Position numbers and translations under genes: made by a program. The notes below the pieces were generated by a model that saw only the letters and a program-made list of their open reading frames with translations, was not told the origin of the DNA and ran no database searches. From an uncultured delta proteobacterium (GTDB lineage: Bacteria; Myxococcota_A; Polyangia; Polyangiales; Polyangiaceae), in the NCBI GenBank assembly GCA_963782055.1, contig CAWAIF010000003.1:6464001-6528000 (forward strand): DNA of 64,000 nucleotides, written 5' to 3'. Positions 41,149-51,122 of this stretch are shown here, piece after piece. Every line of letters starts with the position of its first letter. Position 1 is the first letter of the stretch.

Positions 41149-41622
41149 TCACCGCGCGGCGGTGTCCCGGAGCTTCTCCAGGATGCTGCCCCAGCCGCCG
41201 GCGGAGCCCACGCTGTCGCGGACCTTCTCCCAGCCCTCGCCGTGGCAATCCAGCTCGGAGTGGACCAGCTCGACGCGCGTCTTGCCGTTGCCCTCGTCGT
41301 GGAAGGTGACCTCGACGCGACTCGCCTTCGCCGGGTCGGGGTCGTACGCGAAGGTCGCCCCGAGGTGCCACGAGAGCGCGACGCGCGTGGGCGGCGAGTA
41401 GAGGAGCACGCGGCCCCAGTCGCACTCCGTGCCGTCGTGCCCGCGCTCGAACCAGCGGCCACCCTCGCGCGGCTCCAGGATGGCGGTGTAGGGCTCCACC
41501 TTGCCGATGTGGTGGGAGCGCGGCCACCACGTGTCGAACCTCTCGGTGAAGACCTTGAAGACGTGCGCGACCGGCGCGTTGACGAGGACGGACTTGCGGA
41601 CGCTGGTCTCGGGGCTGCTCAT
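41149..41622 (-). CDS. SRPBCC/AHSA1 domain protein
   Basis: VNAPVAHVFKVFT, WWP, EPREGGRW, TRVELVH, GGWGSIL. Confidence 0.9.
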   Translation of the reverse strand: MSSPETSVRKSVLVNAPVAHVFKVFTERFDTWWPRSHHIGKVEPYTAILEPREGGRWFERGHDGTECDWGRVLLYSPPTRVALSWHLGATFAYDPDPAKASRVEVTFHDEGNGKTRVELVHSELDCHGEGWEKVRDSVGSAGGWGSILEKLRDTAAR

Positions 41623-41990
41623 CGCTTCTTCTCCTTGCGGCGTGTCTTGACGGTGGCTGGGCCGCGGGCTTGCTCCGCGGCGTGGCTCTCTTCCGCGGCG
41701 CGGCGCAGAGCGTCGAGCGCGCCGTCCCAGAAGCGGTCGAAGTAGTCGCGGACGGCGGCGAGGCCCGCGCGGTCGATCGCGTAGAGCCGGCGCGTCCCTT
41801 CGGCCCGCGACGTGACGAGCCCCACGTCCCCGAGCACCTTGAGGTGCTGGGAGACGGCCGGCCTGCTGACCGGAAGGCCCCGCGCGATCTCCACGACCGC
41901 GAGCGGGCCGCCGGCGAGGCGCTCGAGGACCGCGCGGCGGGTCGGGTCGCCGAGGGCGTCGAGCTGGCGGGCGGCTTGGTAAGTCACCAC
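41619..41990 (-). CDS. ArsR/SmtB family regulator (start approximate)
   Basis: ALGDPTRRAVL, VSRPAVSQHLKVL, GTRRLY. Confidence 0.9.
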   Translation of the reverse strand: MVTYQAARQLDALGDPTRRAVLERLAGGPLAVVEIARGLPVSRPAVSQHLKVLGDVGLVTSRAEGTRRLYAIDRAGLAAVRDYFDRFWDGALDALRRAAEESHAAEQARGPATVKTRRKEKKR

Positions 41991-41992
41991 GA

Positions 41993-42014
41993 ACGGTAAG
42001 CTAACACTAACCAT
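41993..42014. promoter_or_regulatory. Imperfect inverted repeat, candidate ArsR operator
   Basis: ACGGTAAG-CTAACA-CTAACCAT directly upstream of the ArsR start. Confidence 0.4.
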
Positions 42015-42141
42015 CGGCCCGTCAAGGGCTCGCGGGCTCCCGAAATGACGAACGCGCACCATGACCGGAGTCGGTCGTGGTGCGCGTCCGTGGGCCGCCC
42101 GCTCTCGCGCGCCGGCGATGCCGGCTAGGCGTGCGGGTGCG

Positions 42142-42366
42142 TCACTGGCACTTGCCGCCGCTGCAGTGGCCGCCGTTGCACTCGCTGTCGAAGTTGCACG
42201 AGCCGCCCGGGGCGTCGGAGCAGGTGCCGCCATGGCACTTGGCGTTGCCGCGACAGTCGCTGTCGAAGTTGCACTTGCCGTACGGGTCCGCGCTCGCGCG
42301 CGGGGGCGTGACGGAGAGGAGGGCGAAGATGCCGAGGCCGGCGAAGAGGATGACGAGTTTGCGCAT
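42142..42366 (-). CDS. Small secreted Cys-rich peptide with two CNFDS(D/E)C repeats
   Basis: RBS GGAG; signal peptide ending ASA; mature DPYGKCNFDSDC..C..GGTC / CNFDSEC..C..GGKC. Confidence 0.75.
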   Translation of the reverse strand: MRKLVILFAGLGIFALLSVTPPRASADPYGKCNFDSDCRGNAKCHGGTCSDAPGGSCNFDSECNGGHCSGGKCQ

Positions 42367-42472
42367 GGTGGTGATCTCCCGGCCGTCACCTACGGCGCGA
42401 CGCGTGGAATGCTTCCCGCGGGCAGACGCACGATGCGCGTCCCACGGCAGGAGTCTTTCACGGCGAAGACAG

Positions 42473-42493
42473 GGTCGGGGAGGCGGGATTTGA
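42473..42493. repeat. att core duplication (displaced 3' end of tRNA-Pro)
   Basis: Identical to 51205-51225. Confidence 0.92.
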
Positions 42494-42649
42494 CACCCCC
42501 CTCTCCCGACCAGGCGGCCACACACGCGCGGCGGCTGTTTCTCGTGGGGTTCGCGGTCGGGGGTGTGACGAGGTGGGACGGGATGCACCAGGAAAGCACG
42601 TCGCGTTTGGTAACGGGGTGGAAACGGGGCGGCACCCCGAGGAGGTTGG

Positions 42650-44191
42650 TCAGAACGAGAACCGCGCCGCGACCAGCCTCGACGCGTTTTGCACCGGATC
42701 CACCGTGACCCAGACCGGGAAGAAGGAGCCCGGCCGCGTGCAGCTCTGCGCTATCGGGGGAGGCACCGTGGCCACCGTCGCCTCGTGCTCGAGCAGCAGG
42801 CCACCGTCCGGGGCGAAGTCGTCGGGCAGGATCACAGGAGCCTTGATCGGCAGCCACGCTTCGTTGGCAGAGCGAGGCGCCACGTTGCCCTTGATCGCGG
42901 CGTGGAAATCCGTCGGAGAGACGCCCTCGTAGTAGAGCACGCTGACCCGGTTCAGGCCGTCTGCGGCGAGCGTTGGGAACATCGCGGCGAAGGGGGCCGA
43001 GACGAAGGGCTTCGCACAGCTACTCAGGGGTGCAGTCCAGCTCGCGGTGGGACCGCCGTCGACGTTGGACGTGGGCGAGCGAAGGCAGTACTCGCTCCAG
43101 GTGCGCCGCTCGACGTCGAGGGCGAGCCCGGACGCGGTGCTCATGAAGACGCGGACGGTCTGCTGGCTGTCGTTGATCGCCGCGTAGTAGGTGCCGTCAG
43201 GGGTGCGGAGAAAATCGAAGGCGCGCAAACCGTTCTGGATGTGCGCGGGTCCTGGCGCCTGCCGCAGGCACGATTGAAACTTTGTCGTCGTGTAGATCAC
43301 GGAGTGATCCGTCCAGTCGATGCCCTGGTTGAACGAGGTCACGGTCCCCCAGGACACCTTCAGCGGGGCCTTGCTCGGACAGGCGTGGAGGGCGTCGCTG
43401 TTCGAATATGCCACGGTGAGGGCACCGTCGCCCGCCTGCACGCGCAGCCCGCCTTGGCCGAGGTTGATGTCGTCATGCTCTCTGTCCATGTTCTCGATGG
43501 TCCTCGAGCCATCGAGGAATGTCAGCGTGCCGTCCTTCACCATCGCACGCCTGACGCAGCCTCCGTAGGAGCTCGCTCCCTTGTGGCGCCACGCGAACCA
43601 CGCCGTCGGGGGTGCCGTCGTGTAGTCGAAGGTGACGTCCGGAAGGTCTTCGTCCCCCGGATCGCACTCGCCGCCCGGCGCGTTGACCTGGAATGCCTGG
43701 TCGAAGGACACGCCATGATTGGTCGACAGGAGGGCGACCACGAGCCCTCCGGTGCCATGGCCGGTGTCGTTCGCGAGCGTGACGTAGACGACGCCGCCAC
43801 GCCCGTCGGTGGAGAGGGCTCCCTTGCCCACCCAGCCCGTCTGCCCGGCGATCATGGGGACGGGGTTTGGGTTGTTGCAGCCCGCCGCGGGGATGGCGGC
43901 GTTACAGACGGTCCAGAACGCGCCACTGGCATTGGCGTAGGCCCAGCCGACGCGCGCGTGGGTACCGCCGGCCCAGTCGGTGAAGCTGACGACGAGGAAC
44001 TCGCCGGTGAAGACGGCGGAGGGGTTGTTGGCGTTGACCGTGATCGTGTGAGGCGCCCCGGCGTCGAGCGCCTGGGAGGTCGTGTTCACCTTCTCGCCGC
44101 CGCTGCGCGAGCACGCGGCGCCGAGGGCACCTGCAGCGCCGAGCGCCGCGATGGCTCCGAGGGCAAAGATTCGTGCCGCGACGGTGTTCAT
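42650..44191 (-). CDS. Lipoprotein with Asp-box/BNR-like repeats (beta-propeller-like)
   Basis: RBS GGAGG; lipobox GAAC; STNHGVSF and SFNQGIDW Asp-box-like motifs; paralogue of 44841-46161. Confidence 0.75.
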   Translation of the reverse strand: MNTVAARIFALGAIAALGAAGALGAACSRSGGEKVNTTSQALDAGAPHTITVNANNPSAVFTGEFLVVSFTDWAGGTHARVGWAYANASGAFWTVCNAAIPAAGCNNPNPVPMIAGQTGWVGKGALSTDGRGGVVYVTLANDTGHGTGGLVVALLSTNHGVSFDQAFQVNAPGGECDPGDEDLPDVTFDYTTAPPTAWFAWRHKGASSYGGCVRRAMVKDGTLTFLDGSRTIENMDREHDDINLGQGGLRVQAGDGALTVAYSNSDALHACPSKAPLKVSWGTVTSFNQGIDWTDHSVIYTTTKFQSCLRQAPGPAHIQNGLRAFDFLRTPDGTYYAAINDSQQTVRVFMSTASGLALDVERRTWSEYCLRSPTSNVDGGPTASWTAPLSSCAKPFVSAPFAAMFPTLAADGLNRVSVLYYEGVSPTDFHAAIKGNVAPRSANEAWLPIKAPVILPDDFAPDGGLLLEHEATVATVPPPIAQSCTRPGSFFPVWVTVDPVQNASRLVAARFSF

Positions 44192-44217
44192 GGATCCCCT
44201 CCAGGTTAGGCGGCGCC

Positions 44218-44844
44218 TCATGGAGACACCGGCGTGCATGGGGGCTCGCAGGAAGTGGTGCTGCCCCGCGTGACACACAGCGTCGGTCCGCCGAGCGAAC
44301 AGTGATCGTCGCACGTGAGATCCATCACGCATCCGGCCACGTCAGGTCCAAGCGTGCAGCCGCCGTCATCTCCGACGCGTTCGTAGTTGCAGACAGCCGC
44401 GCAACGGACCGGCACCGACGCGTCGCCGAGGACGAACTGCTGGAAGAAGGCCTTGCAGAACGCGTCGCCCGACGGGCCGGGATGACAGGTCACGTGGAGG
44501 CGTTGCGCGGGATCCGTCGGATCACCTGTGTTGGTCGGGACCCGAGCGCTGCACGGAGCCCCCCCGCAATCCGAGCGTAGCGGAAGACCCGGCGGTACGC
44601 GCTGCGCTGCCCAGTCCTGGCACCCGTTCGGATCGCAGTCGCCACCGGGCTGCAGTAGGTTGAAGCTCGCCGGGGCGTAGCCGTTGCAAGCGCTGCCGGG
44701 CGAGAAGATGGGTTTGCCATCCTTGCCGTAGAATGTGCCGTCGGGAGCGAGCGTCCCGTCGTCCTGCGAGAGATCGGCCACCTTGCCGCCGCACACCGCC
44801 GCGAGGAGCGGCAGGACCAGAAGCACGGCCACCCGCCGCCTCAC
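44218..44844 (-). CDS. Cys-rich secreted/lipoprotein
   Basis: GTG overlaps upstream TGA (GTGA); leader RRRVAVLLVLPLLAAVC; many Cys. Confidence 0.65.
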   Translation of the reverse strand: MRRRVAVLLVLPLLAAVCGGKVADLSQDDGTLAPDGTFYGKDGKPIFSPGSACNGYAPASFNLLQPGGDCDPNGCQDWAAQRVPPGLPLRSDCGGAPCSARVPTNTGDPTDPAQRLHVTCHPGPSGDAFCKAFFQQFVLGDASVPVRCAAVCNYERVGDDGGCTLGPDVAGCVMDLTCDDHCSLGGPTLCVTRGSTTSCEPPCTPVSP

Positions 44845-46161
44845 GGCGTGACCTCGGTCGTCTGCAAGGTCGGGTTGCCCGCGTTGTCGCTGGGGTTGTC
44901 CAGGAACGTCCAGACGGGGAAGAAGGTTCCCGCGGCCCCGCACGCAGGGGCGCCGGTGCCCCCTCGTACTGTCATCGCCTCATAATCGCCCAGCACGCGG
45001 TACTTCGCCCATGGCCCAAGGTTCTCATCGTTCGGCGTGAAGTCGGCCGTGAGCATCGCCGTGTCCCAGGTGCTCGTCGGGCTGCGAGGCCAGACGTTCG
45101 ACCAGAAGCGTACATGGAACTTGAGGTCCGTAGGATTGGTGGAAAAGGCGGATCGAGCTCTTGTCGCTCTGCGCCGCGACGTAGAGTGTGCCTTCCGACG
45201 CGCGCACCACGTCGAAGATGCGGTTGCGGTCTTCCACCGTGCCCGCTGCCACGCACGAGTGCCAGTCGGTCGTCTTGAAGAGTCGCGTATGCTGGAACCA
45301 CGTCTCCCCGTCGTCGATGGACGTGACCGACTCGATGGCGACGCTGTCGGTGTTGTTGGTCGGGCACTTGATGACCTTGTTGTTCGCGTACAGCACCGTG
45401 ACCGCTCCGTCCCCTGCGACGACGCGCATACCGCCCTGCCCGTTGAACGCCACCTCCGTGCTCATGTGGTCCACGGATCTGCTGGTATCCAGCCAGTGGA
45501 TCGCGTCGTCGTTGCCGACGTAGCCTCGACGGACACAACCTCCGTACGCGTTGGGCCCGAAGTGGCGCCAAACGACCCAAAGCGTCGGTGGCGACGTGGT
45601 GTAGTCGAAGGTGGCTCCCGGCTGGTCCTGCACGCTGTCGCCGCAAACCCCGTCGTTCACCTGGGTGAGGCTCTGCGGCAAGAAGGTCTGTCCGCTGTCG
45701 TTCGACACCAGTGCGACGACGCGCCTGCCGCCCTTCGTCCCTGACGTGCCATCGTCGGTGAGCGTGACGAAGACCACGTGGCTACCCCTGGGCAGGTCCG
45801 TGCGGTGATCGGAGACGACCGTCGTGTCGCCGATGAAGCTCCAACCGGCGCCCGCGTCGACACCGGCGTCCGTACCGTTGCACGACGTACTCCCCAGGCT
45901 GCAGGGCGTCCATGTCTGGCCGCCATTCGGCGACCATGCCCACTGGGTGCTGTTGGACGATGTGCAGAGGATCTCGCGGCCCGCGGACGGTGGCGACCAG
46001 CAGCTCGATGGCTCCTGGGTGCCACCTGAGATCGTGACGACGGTGCCGGCCTCGAGGGCTTCGGAGATGGTGCCGGTGACCTCCGTCTCCGGCGAACTCG
46101 ACGCGCAGTGCACGGCCCACACAGTGAGCGGCACGACAGCGAGAAACCGAATGACCCTCAT
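44841..46161 (-). pseudogene. Asp-box lipoprotein paralogue with internal deletion/frameshift near 45145
   Basis: SPNGGQTW, SNDSGQTF, SIDDGETW; C-terminus (PTDLKFH..NVWPRS..GTFFPVW) lies in another frame. Confidence 0.75.
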
Positions 46162-46309
46162 CGCGCCCTCCCTGCTTCCCACCAAACGGTACCACCGAGG
46201 CACTTGCGGATGGACCTCTTCGCTCACGCCCCCACCAACTCGTGCGCGCGTGTGCCGCAGTGTGGGCGTTCGCAGCGCGGGCAACGCTCACGCCCGCCAC
46301 TTCGCTCGT

Positions 46310-46621
46310 TCAGATCTTCCTTCGCCCCAGCGGCTTGTTGCGCCCGCTGGATGGCTCGCCATGAATCGGTCGTCCAGGTCGACGGGGCGCGCGTGAACGC
46401 GGTGCCTCGAAGAGCACGCGCAGCGGGACCCCCAGAGCATTCGCAACGGTCAGCGCCGTCCGGATCGTGATCGCCCGGCGGCCATTCTCTATCGCCTGAT
46501 AGTCCTTCTCCGGCATTCCTACTGCAACGGCCGCCTCGGCCTGTGTCCAGCCGCGGGCTCGGCGCAGCTCGGCAACCTTGCGGCCCAAGTCGTCCAACAC
46601 GGCCGTGAGGTTCTGGCGCAC
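46310..46621 (-). CDS. XRE family HTH regulator
   Basis: LGRKVAELRRARGWTQAEAA..YQAIENGRR..VANALGV. Confidence 0.85.
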   Translation of the reverse strand: MRQNLTAVLDDLGRKVAELRRARGWTQAEAAVAVGMPEKDYQAIENGRRAITIRTALTVANALGVPLRVLFEAPRSRAPRRPGRPIHGEPSSGRNKPLGRRKI

Positions 46622-46692
46622 CCGGCGACGATTGCGGTTGCGTCAAGGCATAAACACCTGTGATACTTCTGGTGTTTCTTCGGGAGGTGCCC

Positions 46693-47370
46693 ATGGTTCC
46701 GCGAACGCTGATGGTTGCTGGCCTTCTTGCCGCTGCGTGCTCCTGCTCAAGCACGGTCACCCAGCCGCCCGACTCCACCGCCGACGCGGGCGCGGACGCG
46801 GAGGCGCCCGCCGACGCGGGCGGGGACAGCGCGGCGAGTTGCAGCGCGGCCAACTGCACGGGCTGCTGCTTGAACGGCGCGTGCCAGGCGGGGACAACCT
46901 CGGCGGGCTGCGGGAAGAACGGCGCGGCGTGCGTGGTGTGCTCCTCCCCGCAGGTGTGCGGCGCGGACCAGACGTGCGGGATCGATCCCGCGAGCACGTG
47001 GACGATCCAGCCGGTGAGCGCGAGCATCAGCACCACGAACCAGGGGGCCGACTGGGACCTCGGCGGCGGAGCGCCGGACCCGTACGTGAGTCTGTGGTGC
47101 CCGCCCTCGGCCTCCACGCCGGTCAGCACGCCGGCGGTGCAGGACTCCTTCTCGCCCACGTGGTCCACCGGCGGGTGCTCGATGAAGGCGAAGGATCTCC
47201 TCTCCGTGGGCTTCGCGCTCGCCGTCTTCGATCAGGACGTCTCGTTCGACGACACCATCGCCTCGAAGGGCACGATCGTCCCGAAGGAGCAGGAGTTGAT
47301 CCAGGGCAGCAAGAACCTGACGAACAACGTCACCCTCCTGAGCCTGAAGGTGACCTTCACGATGCAGTAG
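46693..47370 (+). CDS. Lipoprotein with Cys-rich segment and C2-like domain
   Basis: RBS GGAGG; lipobox AAAC; CTGCC..CG..GAACVVC; WDLGGGAPDPYV, DSFSPTW, VFDQDVSFDDTI. Confidence 0.75.
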   Translation: MVPRTLMVAGLLAAACSCSSTVTQPPDSTADAGADAEAPADAGGDSAASCSAANCTGCCLNGACQAGTTSAGCGKNGAACVVCSSPQVCGADQTCGIDPASTWTIQPVSASISTTNQGADWDLGGGAPDPYVSLWCPPSASTPVSTPAVQDSFSPTWSTGGCSMKAKDLLSVGFALAVFDQDVSFDDTIASKGTIVPKEQELIQGSKNLTNNVTLLSLKVTFTMQ

Positions 47371-47401
47371 CCCCGGCGCCGCCTTGCCGTGGGCGCGGGC
47401 G

Positions 47402-47749
47402 CTAGCGCATCGCCTCTACCTCGATCACCACGTCGGCCTCGTGGCGCAGCTCCTCCGAGCCGCGGAGGTCCCCGCTCTTGTTGATCTGGGACGTGGCGAG
47501 GAGCAGCGACAGCGACGGAAGCGTGAGGAGCAGGTGCCGGACCTCGCGCGGCTCGAACATGCTGCGCTGGAGGCTGTCCACGCCCAGCGCGGTGACCTTG
47601 CGCTCCCGCACGATCGTAGCGACCTGGTCCACGCTCGCGTGCGAGGCCACGAGCAAGTCCTCGCGCTTGATCGCGAGCCGAGCGAGGCGGGCAGCCAAAC
47701 TCGGGCCGCCCGGCTCTTCGATGCTCAACAGGAGGGCGGTCTCCTGCAT
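47402..47749 (-). pseudogene. C-terminal fragment of a RecA-fold (RadA/KaiC-like) ATPase
   Basis: LSIEE, GVDSLQ (Walker B), SQINKSGDLRGSEELRHEADVVIEV; no Walker A, stop upstream. Confidence 0.6.
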
Positions 47750-48051
47750 CGCGTCCAGCGCGCGCGCGCGGGCGTGTAGCCGTCGTCCGAAATCGCCGCT
47801 GAGTTAATCGATCGGTCTGTGGCGCCACCGACCGTCACGGCCCCGGGTCGCGCTCGCGCACCTCGACGACATGCTCGTCGTGCAGCGCGTCGGCGGGGGC
47901 GAACGGATCCGCACCCAGCCCCCGTCGATGGTGAGGAGGGCTCACGACGGTGGACGACGACTGAAGGGTAGGCGTTCACGTCGGCGCACCGCATCGCACA
48001 ACCTCACCTCTACGTGCGCCTCCATGGGCCGGACCATTACCCCGGATCCTC

Positions 48052-49576
48052 GTGACGGCGGAGACCGCCCGCGTCGTCGAGGAGTCGATCACGCACTTGG
48101 CGGCGGCCGGTCCGAACGTCTACACCCGCGGCGGCGCGCTTGTCCGGATCGTTTGTGACCAGACGCCGGGTGTCATCACCCGCGAATCCAATGCACCAAC
48201 CATCCGGCTGCACACACCAGCCACGCTGGACGTCGAGCTCTCGCGCAGCGTCGTCTACAAACGCGAGCGTCGCGGTCAGAGCGGCGGCGCACAACTCGAG
48301 ACGTGCTCGCCGCCGATGCGCGTGCTCGCCGCGCTGCTGGAGACCGGCGAATGGCCGGGGCTGCGATGCCTCGACCGGGTAGCCAGCGCCCCGATCCTTC
48401 GCGCTGACGGAACCGTCGCCTGCAGGCCGGGCTACGATGCGCGGAGCCGCACCGTCGTGGCCTACGAGGGCGGCTTCGATGTCTCGGAGCCGCTGCAGCG
48501 CAGCGTCGCAGTCCTTGCATGCGACGACCTGCTGGACGTTGTTCGCGACTTTCCGTGGCAGCAGAAGGCCGATCAGTCCGCGTGGCTGGCGCTCGTGCTT
48601 ACCCTGCTCGCGCGCAGCGCCATCTCCGGGCCGGTTCCGATGTGGACCGTGACAGCCAACGTCCGTGGTGCGGGCAAGTCGCGGCTGGTTGACGTCGCAG
48701 CCATCATCGCAACCGGCCGCACCGCAGCACGGGCGACGCAGCCTGCCGACGATGCCGAGGCCGGCAAGGTCATCACGTCCATCGTGATGGCGGGCGACGA
48801 GATCGTGTTGCTCGACAACGTGGACCGCGCGCTCGGCGGCGCCAAGCTCGACGCCCTCCTCACCGGCGAGCGCTGGAAGGACCGGCTTCTCGGGACCAAC
48901 ACCACGATCGATCTCCCGATCCGCACCGTCGTGTGCGCCACCGGCAACAACCTGGACTTTCGTGGCGACACGCTCCGCCGCGTCCTGCCGGTGCGCCTCG
49001 ACTCGCCGCTGGAGCGGCCGGAGGACCGTACCGACTTCATCCAGTCGGACCTCCTCGGGTACGTGCGCGGCCACCGCCTGGAGCTCGTCAGGGTCGCGCT
49101 GACGATGCTACGGGCGTGGTTCGTCGCCGGCCGGCCGCAAGTTGCGGATGTGCGCCGGTGGGGATCGTACGAGGCTTGGTCGGGGCTCGTCCCGCACGTC
49201 CTGGCGTGGGTCGGACTCCCTGACCCGCAGCTCACCCGCGAGGGGCTGGAAGCGGACGACCCGCGCATGCGCGCGCTCGGCGTGGTCATGGAGCACTGGC
49301 ACCGGCTGGAGCAGACATGCGGCAGCGTCTCGGGCATCACCATCCGCCAGGCGCTGGACAAGCTGTACCAGGACTGGTCGTCCTCGACGCGACGGCGAGT
49401 ACGACGAGCTGCGCGAGGCCCTGGAGATCCTTGCGCCGGGGCGCGCCGGCCAGCGTGTTTCCGCCACGGCGCTCGGCCACGTGTTTCGTCGCGCGCACCG
49501 CCGCGTCTTCGGTGGCCACCGCCTCGTGGATCTGGGCGCTGGCCACGCGAACGTGGCGCGCTGGGGGGTGCGGTGA
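48052..49576 (+). pseudogene. SF3 helicase-type primase/helicase, N-truncated and frameshifted near 49367
   Basis: PGYD, Walker A GAGKS, Walker B LLDNV, motif C ATGNN, DTLRR; natural C-terminus DELREALE...VARWGVR in +1 frame ending 49576. Confidence 0.75.
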
Positions 49577-49582
49577 TGCTCC

Positions 49583-49697
49583 GCGAGGGATGCGAGGGAT
49601 GCGAGGGACGCGTCCAGCTCCGTGCGCGCGAGAGGGGAGAGTTCCCAATCCTGCTAACGCGACAACAACCCTCGCATGACTCGCATGACTCGCATCC
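49583..49697. repeat. Inverted iteron arrays, candidate replication origin
   Basis: 3x GCGAGGGA(T/C) at 49583-49609 facing 3x CTCGCAT(GA/CC) at 49671-49697. Confidence 0.7.
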
Positions 49698-49729
49698 CGG
49701 CCTCGACGACCGGAAGAAGGAGACCGACC

Positions 49730-49990
49730 ATGGCTGACTCCGCGACCACGCTGCCCCTCGCCCACCGCGCCCGACGGCCTCCGAAGCTTCCGGCGCCGAC
49801 CGCCGGCGCCGTCCCGACCTTGCAGACAATCGAGGAGGCTGCACGCACGCTGCGCGTCACGACGACTGCCCTCCGGGCCCGCTGCCGGCGCGCGGCGGCG
49901 ACCCCCGACCCCCAGGGCAACATCGTCCTCGCCCCCGGCGTCTTCGCCGTGAAGCTGGGACGGCACTGGCGCGTGCGCTTCGCGACGTGA
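49730..49990 (+). CDS. Small HTH protein, excisionase-like
   Basis: RBS AAGGAG; LQTIEEAARTL...LRARCRR...VKLGRHWRV; directly upstream of integrase. Confidence 0.7.
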   Translation: MADSATTLPLAHRARRPPKLPAPTAGAVPTLQTIEEAARTLRVTTTALRARCRRAAATPDPQGNIVLAPGVFAVKLGRHWRVRFAT

Positions 49991-50060
49991 CGTGACCTGA
50001 CGACGCGCCACCGCGCGTGCCAGCGTGCTGTGCGTGTGCGTGGTCGCCATGGAGGTTCCC

Positions 50061-51122
50061 ATGGCCAAACGCAACAACGGAGACGTCCGCCGCATCAAGC
50101 GCAACGGGCGCGTCCACTGGGTCGTTGATTTCTTCTGGTTCGATCGATCGGGGCGCCAGCACCGCTACCGACGCGACGCGCGCGTGCAGACGCGCGATGG
50201 CGCGCTGGTGGAGGCCCGGGCGCTTCAAGAGCGCGCGTGGCGCGAGGGGACGCTCTCCGAGCGGCCCGCCGTGCCCACGGTGCGCGAGTTCGTCGAGGGG
50301 CTGTTCCGCTCGACGCGCATGCCGACGTTCCGGCCGGCGACGCGCACGCGGTACGAAGCCCTGCTCAGGCAAGGGTTGCTCGCCCACTTCGGTGGCCTGC
50401 GGCTCGACGAGCTGGGCCCGCACAACGTCCACGCGTACGCCGCGAAGCTCGCGGAGCGTGGCGTGCAGGCGAAGGGGCCGGTGGTGCTCCTCCGCACCAT
50501 CGCGCGTGCGGCGCTGGACCTCGGGCTCATCGACGCGATGCCCACCATTCCTCGCGTGTGGAAGGACAGCCGCAAGCTGCCCGACGCTCCGCCGCGCGAG
50601 GAGGTGGAGCGCCTCATCGCGTCGGCGACGAAGTGGCTCCGCACCGCCATCGCCCTCGCCGCGTTCGCCGGGCTCCGCTCCGGCGAGGTGCGCGCCATCG
50701 AGGTGGGCGACGTCGACCTGGCCCCCGGGCGCATCGTGGTCCGGCACGCCATGTCGGATCGCGTGATCACGACGCCGAAGTCCGGGCACGAGCGCATCGT
50801 GCCCATCGCGCCGGCGCTGCGGCCCATCCTGGAGGACGCGCTGCGGGGCAAGCTCCCGAAGGCGAGGCTGCTGACCACGGCGCACGGGACGACGCCCCCG
50901 CGGCAGCACGTGCTCATACGGCTGAACGCGCTGGAGGATCGGCTGGGCATGAAGCGCTGGACGTTCCACCAGCTCCGGCACCACTTCTGCACCTCGCTGC
51001 TCCAGGGCGGCGCGCACCTCGAAACGGTACGCGTGCTGGCGGGCCACTCCTCGGTGACCATGACGCAACGCTACGTGCATGCGACCAGCGGCGAGCTGGA
51101 GCGCGCCATCGCGCGGATCTGA
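50061..51122 (+). CDS. Tyrosine recombinase/integrase
   Basis: RBS GGAGG; catalytic set GLRSGE, PKSG, HQLRH, LAGH, TQRY. Confidence 0.95.
   Translation: MAKRNNGDVRRIKRNGRVHWVVDFFWFDRSGRQHRYRRDARVQTRDGALVEARALQERAWREGTLSERPAVPTVREFVEGLFRSTRMPTFRPATRTRYEALLRQGLLAHFGGLRLDELGPHNVHAYAAKLAERGVQAKGPVVLLRTIARAALDLGLIDAMPTIPRVWKDSRKLPDAPPREEVERLIASATKWLRTAIALAAFAGLRSGEVRAIEVGDVDLAPGRIVVRHAMSDRVITTPKSGHERIVPIAPALRPILEDALRGKLPKARLLTTAHGTTPPRQHVLIRLNALEDRLGMKRWTFHQLRHHFCTSLLQGGAHLETVRVLAGHSSVTMTQRYVHATSGELERAIARI

Noticed and set aside
42473..42560. Possible second tRNA gene
   Set aside because: Only the 3' 21 nt match tRNA-Pro; no anticodon or D arm; interpreted as att duplication
49577..49737. C-terminal extension of the 48052-49737 ORF (EGCEGCEG, HDSHDSH) as a metal-binding motif
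   Set aside because: Read-through product of the frameshift translating the iteron repeats
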